The notes under the pieces: model-generated
What the model was told of the DNA's origin: nothing
The model's input: only the letters and a program-made list of their open reading frames with translations
Databases searched by the model: none
IMG/VR virus record: IMGVR_UViG_3300020216_000022
Coordinates: 1 to 34,321 of that record
Length of the DNA stretch: 34,321 nucleotides
Source of the DNA: a virus
Taxonomy: Duplodnaviria > Caudoviricetes
Reading direction: 5' to 3' (one strand)
In this document: in pieces, positions 1-8,346 of the stretch
Layout of the letters: the number at the start of each line of letters is the position of its first letter
How positions within the stretch are numbered: position 1 is the stretch's first letter
Program-made: the position numbers and the translations under genes

Positions 1-112
1 TTTTTAAGTTTAGATTCAGAAATGGTTTTAAATCTTTAGTTTTTGTTCAGTAAAAGAAAGTAGGAATTTTTCTTCAGAAATAAATAAAATGGTTAAACTT
101 AGAGTTTAAAGC

Positions 113-274
113 TAGAATACACCTCACACTCAATCAAACCCGCGGGAGGACGTTTTAAATCTCTTCTAAGGTGTTTGTACCTTTAAGGTGTAAACATACC
201 TTAAATTGGACGTGAGCGCCCTATGTAAAAAATTTGGTGTTTTAACCCCTAGGAAGTACTTCAATTCTTTCTGA
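113..274. repeat. ~160-bp dispersed non-coding repeat, copy 1 (copy 2 at 34162-34321)
   Basis: Aligns directly with 34162-34321. Identical core GTTTTAAATCTCTTCTAAGGTGTTT (152-176 = 34201-34225). Internal imperfect palindrome TAAGGTGTTTGTACCT-TT-AAGGTGTAAACATACCTTA. Confidence 0.9.
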
Positions 275-392
275 CAAGAAACTTAAACCAACAATTTACT
301 CCTGAATCTAAAGCTTAAATTCTTCCTGAACAAAAATCTTAATTCTTTATTCTGAATCTAAACCTTAAAAAATTATTCTGACATAGACCTTA
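271..392. repeat. array of CTGA-N7/8-CTTA iteron-like motifs, with inverted copies at 1-77
   Basis: CTGA units at 271, 302, 326, 352 and 378 (e.g. CTGAATCTAAAGCTTA, CTGAACAAAAATCTTA, CTGAATCTAAACCTTA). Bases 1-21 are a near-perfect reverse complement of 350-370, and 41-50 of 326-335. Confidence 0.7.
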
Positions 393-400
393 ATTCTTAA

Positions 401-538
401 TGTCAACTAAATGTCCTATTTTGTATTTCTGATATCCCTATTACCTTATTTAAACCTTAACAATACCTTAACAATTAATAAAGGAATAAATTAAGGTAAT
501 AGGGAGGACAAAAATTAAAATAGGACAAAAGGTTGACA
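401..538. repeat. long imperfect inverted repeat (hairpin/cruciform)
   Basis: Nested complementary arms TGTCAAC/GTTGACA, TGTCCTATTTT/AAAATAGGACA and TCCCTATTACCTTA/TAAGGTAATAGGGA. Confidence 0.85.
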
Positions 539-639
539 ATGTTATTAATCCAATATTTATAGGCAGAAAAATGGTTTCATGTTTCTACGTTGTGTTAAAA
601 TAAAGCTAAGAGATAAAACAGAAAGCAGGTGAATAATTT

Positions 640-1476
640 TTGACAAATGAAGAAATGTATCAAGAAGTTATGAAGAACTTAAGAAGTAATTTACCAGAAA
701 ATACGATTCCTTATGATGAATCTATCAGTAAGAATTTCTTGGAAAAATTAACAGGAAAAGAATTGGATTATAAAAATGTTTTAAAAAATGATAGTGACTT
801 AACAAAGGAATTTGACTACGTCGTAAAAACATATGGCTTTGACAATTTTTATGATTTATATACTTATGCTGATTCTTGTGACTCCATTCAGGAACAAATC
901 CAAAAAGGTGGAAACAAAGACCTTGGCAAATTAAACAAAGTCACTCGAACTGTGGTGAGAAATGGTAAGCCAATGAAGACTACGGTTTATGAAGATTCAG
1001 GCTCAGATGAGCAAGATGGTGATTCAACTCAAGAAGAACCTAAAAAACCTGTAAAAAGAAAAGCAAGTGAACTGTCTTTATCTTCTTTGGGAGGTAAAAC
1101 AGAAAAACCAACGCCTAAAGAGATATCAAACTTAATGAGCCAAGCAAAAAATCTTTCAGGAACTTTTGACACAGATTGTGATTCTTATATGGTTTTAGGA
1201 GATAGTGGAGATATAGGTGGCTTAGCAGGTTTTCGTATAGAGGGTAACTTTTTATATTTGGCTTTTATCCAAGAAGATGAGGTTACCACGGGTGTAGCTA
1301 GGCGAGCTTTTTATGAACTACTTTTACGAGCTTGGAAGTCAGGTTTAGGGGCTATGATTGATGACCCAGAAAATGATTTAGCTTATGATTTATTCGAGGA
1401 GTATGGCTTAAAAAAATCTAAGGGAAGATACAAAATCTCTAAAAGAGAACTTGAAAATAGCCTTGGTAAAAGATGA
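640..1476 (+). CDS. conserved phage protein (probable virion protein of the post-terminase block)
   Basis: 278-aa ORF with TTG start after GCAGGTG. The KDLGKLNKVTRTVVRNGK motif resembles proteins that follow terminase in Twort-like phages (from recall). Confidence 0.7.
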   Translation: MTNEEMYQEVMKNLRSNLPENTIPYDESISKNFLEKLTGKELDYKNVLKNDSDLTKEFDYVVKTYGFDNFYDLYTYADSCDSIQEQIQKGGNKDLGKLNKVTRTVVRNGKPMKTTVYEDSGSDEQDGDSTQEEPKKPVKRKASELSLSSLGGKTEKPTPKEISNLMSQAKNLSGTFDTDCDSYMVLGDSGDIGGLAGFRIEGNFLYLAFIQEDEVTTGVARRAFYELLLRAWKSGLGAMIDDPENDLAYDLFEEYGLKKSKGRYKISKRELENSLGKR

Positions 1477-2297
1477 CGATAAAAATACTACTTTTTGTTA
1501 TTTTATTGTTTGCAACGATATGTTACGTATGCTATAATTACATTATCAAAACCTTGATAGAAAGAAATCTATCACTTCAAACAAACTTACGGGAGACTAT
1601 GACCCAGGTCTCCCGTTTCCTTAATGAAAATTTACAAGGTTTAACTCAGGAGGTTAAAGATTTGAAAGACCCTGAAATTATTGATAACGAAAAAAACTTA
1701 GAAGAACTACTTCAAGAAGAAGCGACAGAAAAAGACTATGAAAAATTTATTGATGGCATTACCGAAGCCATTCAAGACCTTTATAAAAATTACCAATTTA
1801 TTCGGCAAGACCCGGACGTAAATGATGTTTTGTCAGGTTACTTTTTAGGTTTTAAATTTATCCGAATGGAATACCCAAAATTATATGAGTCCTTATTCCG
1901 TTTAGCAGTAGATAAATCTATGGACCCGAATAAGATTCAAGAAAAATTCATCGAACGAGTTCAAGCAGGGAAAGTTATTCCTTTAGGTAATGTTGTTATT
2001 TATGGGGAAGGCTTTACACAAATTGGTTCTATTCTTCAAGGAGAATCTGTACCAATCGTTATTACTTTTGCTCCAGAAGAATATGATAAGAAACGAACAG
2101 AATACTTAGAATCCCAAGAAAAAGAACAAAAGAAACGCCAAGAAGAACAAGAAGAAATGGCAAAACAAAAAGATGAAGCGTTGAAATCTTTACGACAAGC
2201 TTCAGCTGTTTTAGATGAATTGTCTGAAGATGCAGCAGAAAAATACGATATGAAAGAACTGATGGAAGAAATCAAGAAAGGTTTAGGTAGAGTGTGA
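1473..2297 (+). CDS. membrane-anchored coiled-coil hypothetical protein
   Basis: 274 aa, N-terminal hydrophobic helix, ATGA overlap with the upstream gene. Confidence 0.75.
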   Translation: MTIKILLFVILLFATICYVCYNYIIKTLIERNLSLQTNLRETMTQVSRFLNENLQGLTQEVKDLKDPEIIDNEKNLEELLQEEATEKDYEKFIDGITEAIQDLYKNYQFIRQDPDVNDVLSGYFLGFKFIRMEYPKLYESLFRLAVDKSMDPNKIQEKFIERVQAGKVIPLGNVVIYGEGFTQIGSILQGESVPIVITFAPEEYDKKRTEYLESQEKEQKKRQEEQEEMAKQKDEALKSLRQASAVLDELSEDAAEKYDMKELMEEIKKGLGRV

Positions 2298-2298
2298 A

Positions 2299-2700
2299 AT
2301 GGCAGAACAAGAAAAATCATTTCGAACTTCCTTGGTTAAAAAATTAGAAAAATTAGAAACAAAAAGAAATGCTTTAATTGATGCAGGAGTTTCCCCTCCT
2401 GAAATTCAAAGTGTACAATTTGCTATTCCAAATGTTTTAATTGAGGATGGTAATCAAGACATTGATAAGCTTTTAGAAACTATTGGGAAGATGAATCGAA
2501 AATCTGAGTTAGGTTTAAATGTAGAACTTAATCAAGGAGAACCTGTAAAGCTAACAGATGGACGAACTTCTGACATTTTAGAAATTGTCTTCTTTGTAAC
2601 GGACAAAACAGATATTCCTAAGATTAAAGAATACTTGTACCCAGAAGGTGTCCCTGAAGAAGAAGATTCAGAGAATGATGGAGAAAAAGAAAAAGAGTAA
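2299..2700 (+). CDS. hypothetical protein
   Basis: 133 aa, tightly coupled to the upstream gene, codon usage like its neighbours. Confidence 0.75.
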   Translation: MAEQEKSFRTSLVKKLEKLETKRNALIDAGVSPPEIQSVQFAIPNVLIEDGNQDIDKLLETIGKMNRKSELGLNVELNQGEPVKLTDGRTSDILEIVFFVTDKTDIPKIKEYLYPEGVPEEEDSENDGEKEKE

Positions 2701-2746
2701 CAACTAAATCCTAAATTTACTTTCGATAAAGAGCTAGGAATCATTT

Positions 2747-2780
2747 AAGAGGAGCTAAACAAGCCCCTCTTATTTTTTTT
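2747..2780 (+). terminator. intrinsic terminator
   Basis: TAAGAGGAGCT-AAACA-AGCCCCTCTTA followed by T8. Confidence 0.75.
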
Positions 2781-2792
2781 GTGGAAAAAGTA

Positions 2793-2821
2793 TTGACGTA
2801 GCATAAATTAAATGCTAAGAT
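2793..2821 (+). promoter_or_regulatory. sigma-A (early) promoter of the RepA_N gene
   Basis: TTGACG-17 nt-TAAGAT with extended -10 TG. Upstream AAAAAGTA is shared with the promoters at 21420 and 21708. Confidence 0.75.
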
Positions 2822-2862
2822 TATTTTTGTTGACACAAATAAAAGAAAAGAGGAAATGAACA

Positions 2863-3687
2863 ATGAATAAATTTTTTAAAATGCCAAAAGCGATTTTTAC
2901 GAATGAGAAATATGCAGGACTAGGGGAAACGACTAAGATTGTTTATATGATGATTTTAGACCGCTTTTGTTTATCCCTAGCTAATGGATGGAAAGACAGA
3001 AAAGGGAACACTTACTGCATTTACACAGTAGAAGAACTTATTCAAGACACTAATACTTCAAGAGGAACAATTAATCGTGCAAAAAGAGAATTAAAAGAGT
3101 ACGGACTTGTTTATGAATACCGAACAGGAAAAGCTAATCATATTTATGTTTACCAGCCAGAAGAGCCCGAAAACACTGAGGAACCAACCACGAACAAAAA
3201 TGATGATACAGAAGTACAAAATTTGGGAACTAATGATACTGAACTACCAAGACTTAAAGACCAAGAGAGTAATAAAAGAAGTGAAAACGGGCGCGCGAAA
3301 AGCAACAACCATGCCAATTCTCAAACACAAGAATCAAGTTCAAGTGAAAAAGAGCTTGTTGATGTAGATAAAAAAGAAAGTGACTCTGTTATTGACCTTA
3401 TTTACTATACAGGTTGGTTTGATATGAATTTCTGCAAAGGTGTTGCTCAAAGTTTTGGAAAAGATGTGACACCACAAATGGTTGCTAACCAGATTATCAA
3501 GATGAAAAACATGAGTTGTAGCTACCCTAAAGCTTATTTTATGAATGGTATTCAAATGCAAATAGATGCTGAAAAACAAGGAATTAGTTTGTCAAATGGA
3601 CCTCAACCTAAACACAATGACCCTAGTCAAAATCATAAACCAATTGCTCTAGGAAAGATTCCAATGCATGATTGGACAAAAGTGTAA
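2863..3687 (+). CDS. repA: RepA_N-family replication initiator protein
   Basis: N-terminus FFKMPKAIFTNEKY...KIVYMMILDRFCLSLANGWKDRKGNTYCIYTVEEL...TINRAKRELKEYGLV...NHIYV matches the RepA_N winged-helix pattern. RBS GAGG. Confidence 0.85.
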   Translation: MNKFFKMPKAIFTNEKYAGLGETTKIVYMMILDRFCLSLANGWKDRKGNTYCIYTVEELIQDTNTSRGTINRAKRELKEYGLVYEYRTGKANHIYVYQPEEPENTEEPTTNKNDDTEVQNLGTNDTELPRLKDQESNKRSENGRAKSNNHANSQTQESSSSEKELVDVDKKESDSVIDLIYYTGWFDMNFCKGVAQSFGKDVTPQMVANQIIKMKNMSCSYPKAYFMNGIQMQIDAEKQGISLSNGPQPKHNDPSQNHKPIALGKIPMHDWTKV

Positions 3688-3699
3688 CATCTATGTAAC
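3683..3699 (+). promoter_or_regulatory. WalR (YycF/VicR) box
   Basis: TGTAAC-ATCTA-TGTAAC fits the consensus TGTWAH-N5-TGTWAH. It lies upstream of a cell-wall hydrolase gene, with an extra TGTAAC at 3715-3720. Confidence 0.65.
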
Positions 3700-3804
3700 A
3701 TAACTTAATAAAATTGTAACTTTTTTGTTATTGAGTAAACTTGCTAAGATGTTATATTGGGTAATAGCAAACGAAACAAACTATGAAAAACGAAAGGGTT
3801 CTTT

Positions 3805-4464
3805 ATGACTATTAAAACGAAATTAGCTTTAGCAACAGCTGGAGTGTTAGGAACAATTACTTTCCTAGGAGCAACAAATAGTGTAGAAGCAGAAGAAATT
3901 GCCACAGACGGTGGTACTCAGTGGCGTGTGGAACAAGGAGATACCTTATCTACAATTGCAAATAACTATGGTATTGACTACACACAAATCCATGAATCAA
4001 ATAAAAACAAAGTGCCAGACCCAAATGCGATTTATGTAGGGGATGTTTTAGATGTTCCTGTAAAATCTGATACCCAAGTTGAAGTAGAAGAATACTTTGG
4101 CTCACGTGACCAAGAGGATGTTGTACAACAACCACAAGAAACTGAAGGAGTTGAACAAGAAGTGGCTGTAGAAGAGCAACCTCAAGAAGAAGCAACCCAA
4201 AATCCGGTAGAAGAACAAGAGCCTGCACAAGAAGCTAGTGGAAGCGAAGCAGAAGCTAAGGCATGGATTGCTAATAAGGAGTCTACAAATGACTATGGAG
4301 CAAGAAATGGTCGTTATATTGGGAAGTTTCAGCTCGACCAAAGCTATTTGAACGGCGACTATTCTCCTGCAAACCAAGAAAAAGTAGCTAACGAATACGT
4401 AAACGAACGTTATGGCAGTTGGGTACAAGCTAAACAAGCTTGGCAACAAAAAGGATGGTATTAA
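3805..4464 (+). CDS. secreted LysM protein with aggregation-promoting-factor (Apf)-like C-terminal lysozyme-like domain
   Basis: Signal peptide, LysM (WRVEQGDTLSTIA...IYVGDVL), and C-terminus AKAWIANKES..Y.ARNGRYIGKFQL...NQEKVAN.YV.ERYGSW..AK..WQQKGWY. Confidence 0.9.
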   Translation: MTIKTKLALATAGVLGTITFLGATNSVEAEEIATDGGTQWRVEQGDTLSTIANNYGIDYTQIHESNKNKVPDPNAIYVGDVLDVPVKSDTQVEVEEYFGSRDQEDVVQQPQETEGVEQEVAVEEQPQEEATQNPVEEQEPAQEASGSEAEAKAWIANKESTNDYGARNGRYIGKFQLDQSYLNGDYSPANQEKVANEYVNERYGSWVQAKQAWQQKGWY

Positions 4465-4487
4465 GCTAAATTAGAAGGAGACAGAAA

Positions 4488-4994
4488 ATGGGAAAATTAG
4501 TGTATGTTGGTGGAGATATCATGAGTTATGGTAACCAACTGTTAAGAGAAAAAGAGAAAGAAGATATAAGGTCTATAGGATTGAAGGTTTATTCTCCTAA
4601 AGATGACAAAGAAATTAATGATAAATCAATCCAATCTGTTGAAGATAATAACCATTTAGCCGAAAAGATATTTGATAAAGATTCTACTGGAATGATAAAT
4701 TCAGATATTTTAATTTTCGATGTTTCGAATACAAGCGTAGGAACAATAGCTGAGATTGGACAGTGGGCTATGGTTCATAGGTTACTTCAATACACAGCAG
4801 ACCCTTATATTGAGATGATTTCTCAAAAACCAATTTTCTTTCATTCTTCTGATTTGAGAGATACGAATATCCCAGAATCAGGGTATCGAAGGTCACATTC
4901 TTATAACCAATATTTAATTGGTTGTGTGTATGAATGTAACCCAGAAGGTATTCAAACTTGGGAAGAAATTCTTAATGAATTACAACAATTATAA
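4488..4994 (+). CDS. nucleoside 2-deoxyribosyltransferase-like protein
   Basis: Motifs VYVGG, YSP, IFDKD..GM..SDILI, GTIAEIG and a C-terminal YNQYLIG. Confidence 0.75.
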   Translation: MGKLVYVGGDIMSYGNQLLREKEKEDIRSIGLKVYSPKDDKEINDKSIQSVEDNNHLAEKIFDKDSTGMINSDILIFDVSNTSVGTIAEIGQWAMVHRLLQYTADPYIEMISQKPIFFHSSDLRDTNIPESGYRRSHSYNQYLIGCVYECNPEGIQTWEEILNELQQL

Positions 4995-5003
4995 ATAAAT
5001 TTG

Positions 5004-5066
5004 AACCTCCTTAGGTGCTATATTATTAAAGTAGTACGAAATATAGTAAACCTAAGGAGGTTTTTT
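5004..5066 (+). promoter_or_regulatory. hairpin that sequesters the holin RBS, with a late-promoter motif in its loop
   Basis: AACCTCCTTAGGT (5004-5016) is complementary to ACCTAAGGAGGTT (5050-5062). TGCTATATTA lies at 5016-5025. Confidence 0.7.
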
Positions 5067-5071
5067 ATAGA

Positions 5072-5437
5072 ATGCTAGATGTAGAAGTTGTACAACAAGC
5101 AGTGCTCAACGTACTAGGTATTGGCTTAGTATTTATTATTGGGTACATTGCTAAGCAATTTGGTGGATTCTTAAAAGACAAAGGAATCTTAGAACAATTG
5201 CAAAGCAAAGAAGCTTATGTACGTATCATTGTGAATGCAATGGAGCAAATGTTTGATGAAGCTGATGGTGCCGTCAAGTTTGAAGAAGCCAAAAGACAAG
5301 CAGTGAAATTCTTAAATGAAAAAGGAATTAAAGTAGACGATGAAGAGTTAGATACTTTAATTGAATCAGCTGTTAGACAACTTAAGGGTGGATTTGTTGA
5401 AGGTATCGAATATGAGCCTGAGGAATATGAAGATTAA
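5072..5437 (+). CDS. phage holin (LL-H-like)
   Basis: Single N-terminal TM helix, V.AMEQ...G..KFEEAK...L..KGI...ELDTLIESAV motif, located upstream of the endolysin. Confidence 0.8.
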   Translation: MLDVEVVQQAVLNVLGIGLVFIIGYIAKQFGGFLKDKGILEQLQSKEAYVRIIVNAMEQMFDEADGAVKFEEAKRQAVKFLNEKGIKVDDEELDTLIESAVRQLKGGFVEGIEYEPEEYED

Positions 5438-5571
5438 ACCTTAATTGAAGATGCAGATGAAGATGACCCAGAAGTATTCCCAGAAGCCAAAGAAAACGAC
5501 ACAGAAGACGATAAATAAGCCTAAGGTATTAAACCCTTAGTCTCTTTTTAAATGAGAGGAGAATGCATTAC

Positions 5572-6894
5572 ATGGCATTACATGGAATCGACATTGCCAG
5601 TTATCAAGCTAGTATGAATGCAGGAAAAATGGCAGTAGATTTTGTCATTATTAAAGCCACAGGTGGAACAGGGTATGTGAACCCTTATTGTGACAAACAC
5701 TTCCAACAAGCCAAAAAAGCAGGAAAGCTCTTAGGTGTGTATCATTATGCTAATGAACGTGGCTATGAAGGTACAGCTAAACAAGAAGCTAACTACTTTG
5801 TCAAAAATGCTAAGAACTACCTTAAAGGAGATGCTATCCCAATTCTTGACTGGGAAGCTTCCAATAAAGGGAACGTGAAGTGGGCACTAGACTGGTTAAA
5901 TGAGGTAGAGCGTCAAACAGGTATTAAACCGTGGTTTTACACTTATACAAATGTGTTAAACACTTATAATTTCTCACGTATTTATAAGAATGACAATGCC
6001 CTATGGATTGCTAAATACCCTGATATGGCAACACACTACGGTTTTATCAAGAATAAAAAACCGCCTAGAACACGTAAATTTCCAAATGGTCCAGCCGCTT
6101 ACCAATATTCAAGCACTACGGTTATTCCAGGCTATGGTTCCCCAATTGATGTGGACATTTTCTATGGAGATAAAAAAGCATGGCAAGCTTATGCGACTCC
6201 AAATGGTGAGCAACCAAAAAACGTTGGAAGCAATGACAAAGACTCAGGTTCTGGTTCAAGTTCTTCTAAGAAAAAAGGAAGTAAATCGAACAAAACCGTT
6301 GCTAAAGAAGTTATTGCAGGTAAATGGGGAAATGGTGATAACCGTATTAGTAAGTTGAAGAGTGCTGGGTATAACCCAACAGCAATTCAAAAACTTGTGG
6401 ATAAACAACTAGGTGGGAACAAGTCTAGTGGAAGCAAAACCTATACGGTTAAAAGTGGAGACACTTTATCTGGCATCGGACAAAAGCTAGGAGTTAATTG
6501 GAAAACACTAGCTAGCAAGAATGGCTTAAGTAGTCCATATACGTTGTACCCAGGACAAAAATTAAGTTATGGTTCAGGCTCAGGCTCTAGCGCTAACAAA
6601 ACCTATACTGTTAAGAGCGGAGATACCTTAAGTGGTATCGGCGCTAAGCTAGGCATTAACTGGAAAACTATTGCCAATCTTAACGGATTAAGCAAACCTT
6701 ATACTTTGTATCCAGGACAAAAACTGAAGTATAAAGGTGGCTCTGGTGGAGGTTCTAAAACCTATACTGTTAAGAGCGGAGATACCTTAAGTGGTATCGG
6801 CGCTAAGCTAGGCATTAACTGGAAAACTATTGCCAATCTTAACGGATTAAGCAAACCTTATACTTTGTACCCAGGACAAAAGATTAAATATTAA
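5572..6894 (+). CDS. endolysin: GH25 muramidase + CW_7 (Cpl-7) repeat + 3 LysM
   Basis: GIDIASYQ, IIKATGG, GVYHYA, LDWE, DVD motifs; VAKEVIAGKWGNGDNR..KL..AGY; three YTVKSGDTLSGI units. Start moved from 5563 to 5572 for RBS (GAGAGGAG) spacing. Confidence 0.93.
   Translation: MALHGIDIASYQASMNAGKMAVDFVIIKATGGTGYVNPYCDKHFQQAKKAGKLLGVYHYANERGYEGTAKQEANYFVKNAKNYLKGDAIPILDWEASNKGNVKWALDWLNEVERQTGIKPWFYTYTNVLNTYNFSRIYKNDNALWIAKYPDMATHYGFIKNKKPPRTRKFPNGPAAYQYSSTTVIPGYGSPIDVDIFYGDKKAWQAYATPNGEQPKNVGSNDKDSGSGSSSSKKKGSKSNKTVAKEVIAGKWGNGDNRISKLKSAGYNPTAIQKLVDKQLGGNKSSGSKTYTVKSGDTLSGIGQKLGVNWKTLASKNGLSSPYTLYPGQKLSYGSGSGSSANKTYTVKSGDTLSGIGAKLGINWKTIANLNGLSKPYTLYPGQKLKYKGGSGGGSKTYTVKSGDTLSGIGAKLGINWKTIANLNGLSKPYTLYPGQKIKY
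6598..6869 (+). repeat. 113-bp identical duplication of a LysM-coding unit (6598-6710 and 6757-6869)
   Basis: Nucleotide identity read directly. Confidence 0.9.
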
Positions 6895-6964
6895 TAGGCA
6901 AACAGAATTTGCTTAGAGGGAGCTAGACAGTTCCCTCTTATAAATGCTAAAGGAGAGAATCAAT

Positions 6965-7828
6965 TTGGCAATAAATGTAGATGAAGCAATTAAAAGAGGA
7001 AGAAAGTTAAAAAGCCAGGGAATTACCTATTCTATGTACGGTTCACGTGATGGTTCAGATGGGACAGCAGATTGTTCGGGATTTATTTATAACTGTATCC
7101 GTTTTGGTGGAGGTTCTAAGTATCATATTATTCCATCCACGGAAACTTTGCATGATTACCTGGGTAAGAACGGCTATAAACTAGTTGCAGAAAACAAGAA
7201 GTTTAATGGTAAAAAAGGTGACATTGTTATAGTTGGTAAGAAGGGATTTTCGGCTGGAGCAGCTGGTCATGTAGGAATGCTTTTAGGTGGTCCTAATTGG
7301 ATTGAATGTACTGCCAATTCCCGTGCTGGAAAAAATGGTGGTGTGATTGAGTCTCATTTCGATACTCGTTATGCAGAAATGGGTCGACCATACTACTACG
7401 TATACCGTCCAAATTCCACAACAGATAAAGCACCTAAAAAAGAAGAAAAGAAATCAGCACCTAAGAAAAAATCAAGTGGCAAAATAGCAGTAGACGGTAA
7501 GTGGGGCCCAAACTTCACAAAAGCTCTACAAAAAGTTTATGGAACAACCCAAGACGGTGTAATTTCTGGACAAATTAAAAACTCTGCAAACAAAAACGTA
7601 TATGCTGCCCAATGGGGTAAAGGCGGTTCTAACGTAGTGAAAGCTATGCAAAAGAAAGTTAAAGCCAAAGGTGTATACAGTGGTTCAATTGATGGAAACA
7701 TTGGACCAAAATTTGTAGATGGCATGCAACGTATTGCTGGCACAAGTAATGATGGTGTTATTTCTCCAGTAAGCGATGTTGTTAAATATATGCAAAAACA
7801 AGTGAATGCAGGTAAAAAACCATTTTAA
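6965..7828 (+). CDS. second endolysin: NlpC/P60-type (Amidase_5-like) domain + peptidoglycan-binding repeats
   Basis: YSMYGSRDGSDGTADCSG and GAAGHVG catalytic motifs; C-terminal VDGKWGP.../DG.IS repeats. TTG start after AAGGAG (the ORF track starts at 6944). Confidence 0.85.
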   Translation: MAINVDEAIKRGRKLKSQGITYSMYGSRDGSDGTADCSGFIYNCIRFGGGSKYHIIPSTETLHDYLGKNGYKLVAENKKFNGKKGDIVIVGKKGFSAGAAGHVGMLLGGPNWIECTANSRAGKNGGVIESHFDTRYAEMGRPYYYVYRPNSTTDKAPKKEEKKSAPKKKSSGKIAVDGKWGPNFTKALQKVYGTTQDGVISGQIKNSANKNVYAAQWGKGGSNVVKAMQKKVKAKGVYSGSIDGNIGPKFVDGMQRIAGTSNDGVISPVSDVVKYMQKQVNAGKKPF

Positions 7829-7834
7829 GGTTTT

Positions 7835-7862
7835 AGAGGACTTTTATAGTCCTCTTTTTTTT
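7835..7862 (+). terminator. intrinsic terminator
   Basis: AGAGGACT-TTTAT-AGTCCTCT followed by a T-tract. Confidence 0.85.
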
Positions 7863-7965
7863 ATGTCTAAGTTAACATACCTACTATATTAATAAGGATA
7901 GGACTTAAATTGAAGTGAAGTTGAATATGGTAAAATAGAACATAGAGAAAACTTTATACAAGGAA

Positions 7966-8328
7966 GTGAATAAAATAGGGTTCATTCAAGATAAAACATG
8001 GAACAAAGCGAAAAAAGCTGTAGGAAGTGCTGGGCTAGCAGACAATTGGGCAGAAGTAATTTCTTACTACTATTATCTAGGTGGTAATCATGTCCTATTA
8101 TACACAGCAATAGAAGGTGTAAGATATAGAGTCTTGCAAATTACAGACCAGGAAGAAATCTTGTTAGAAGACATGAACAAAAATTTAGTCCTAGAAGATT
8201 ATGAAGCAATCTATGAAAGCCGAAAGCAATTTTATTACAATGAAGAACCACTCAATAAAAAAGTCATTGAGCTTCCAGAAGATATTACAGTAAACAATAA
8301 AAATAGTGTAACAATTTTAGAAAAGTAA
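7966..8328 (+). CDS. conserved hypothetical protein preceding portal
   Basis: 120 aa; position immediately upstream of portal, as in Twort-like phages. Confidence 0.7.
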   Translation: MNKIGFIQDKTWNKAKKAVGSAGLADNWAEVISYYYYLGGNHVLLYTAIEGVRYRVLQITDQEEILLEDMNKNLVLEDYEAIYESRKQFYYNEEPLNKKVIELPEDITVNNKNSVTILEK

Positions 8329-8346
8329 GAAGGTGAAATCAAACAA

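Noticed and set aside
271-392. CRISPR array
   Set aside because: Units are short and degenerate, with ~10-nt AT-rich gaps; there are no proper spacers and no cas genes.
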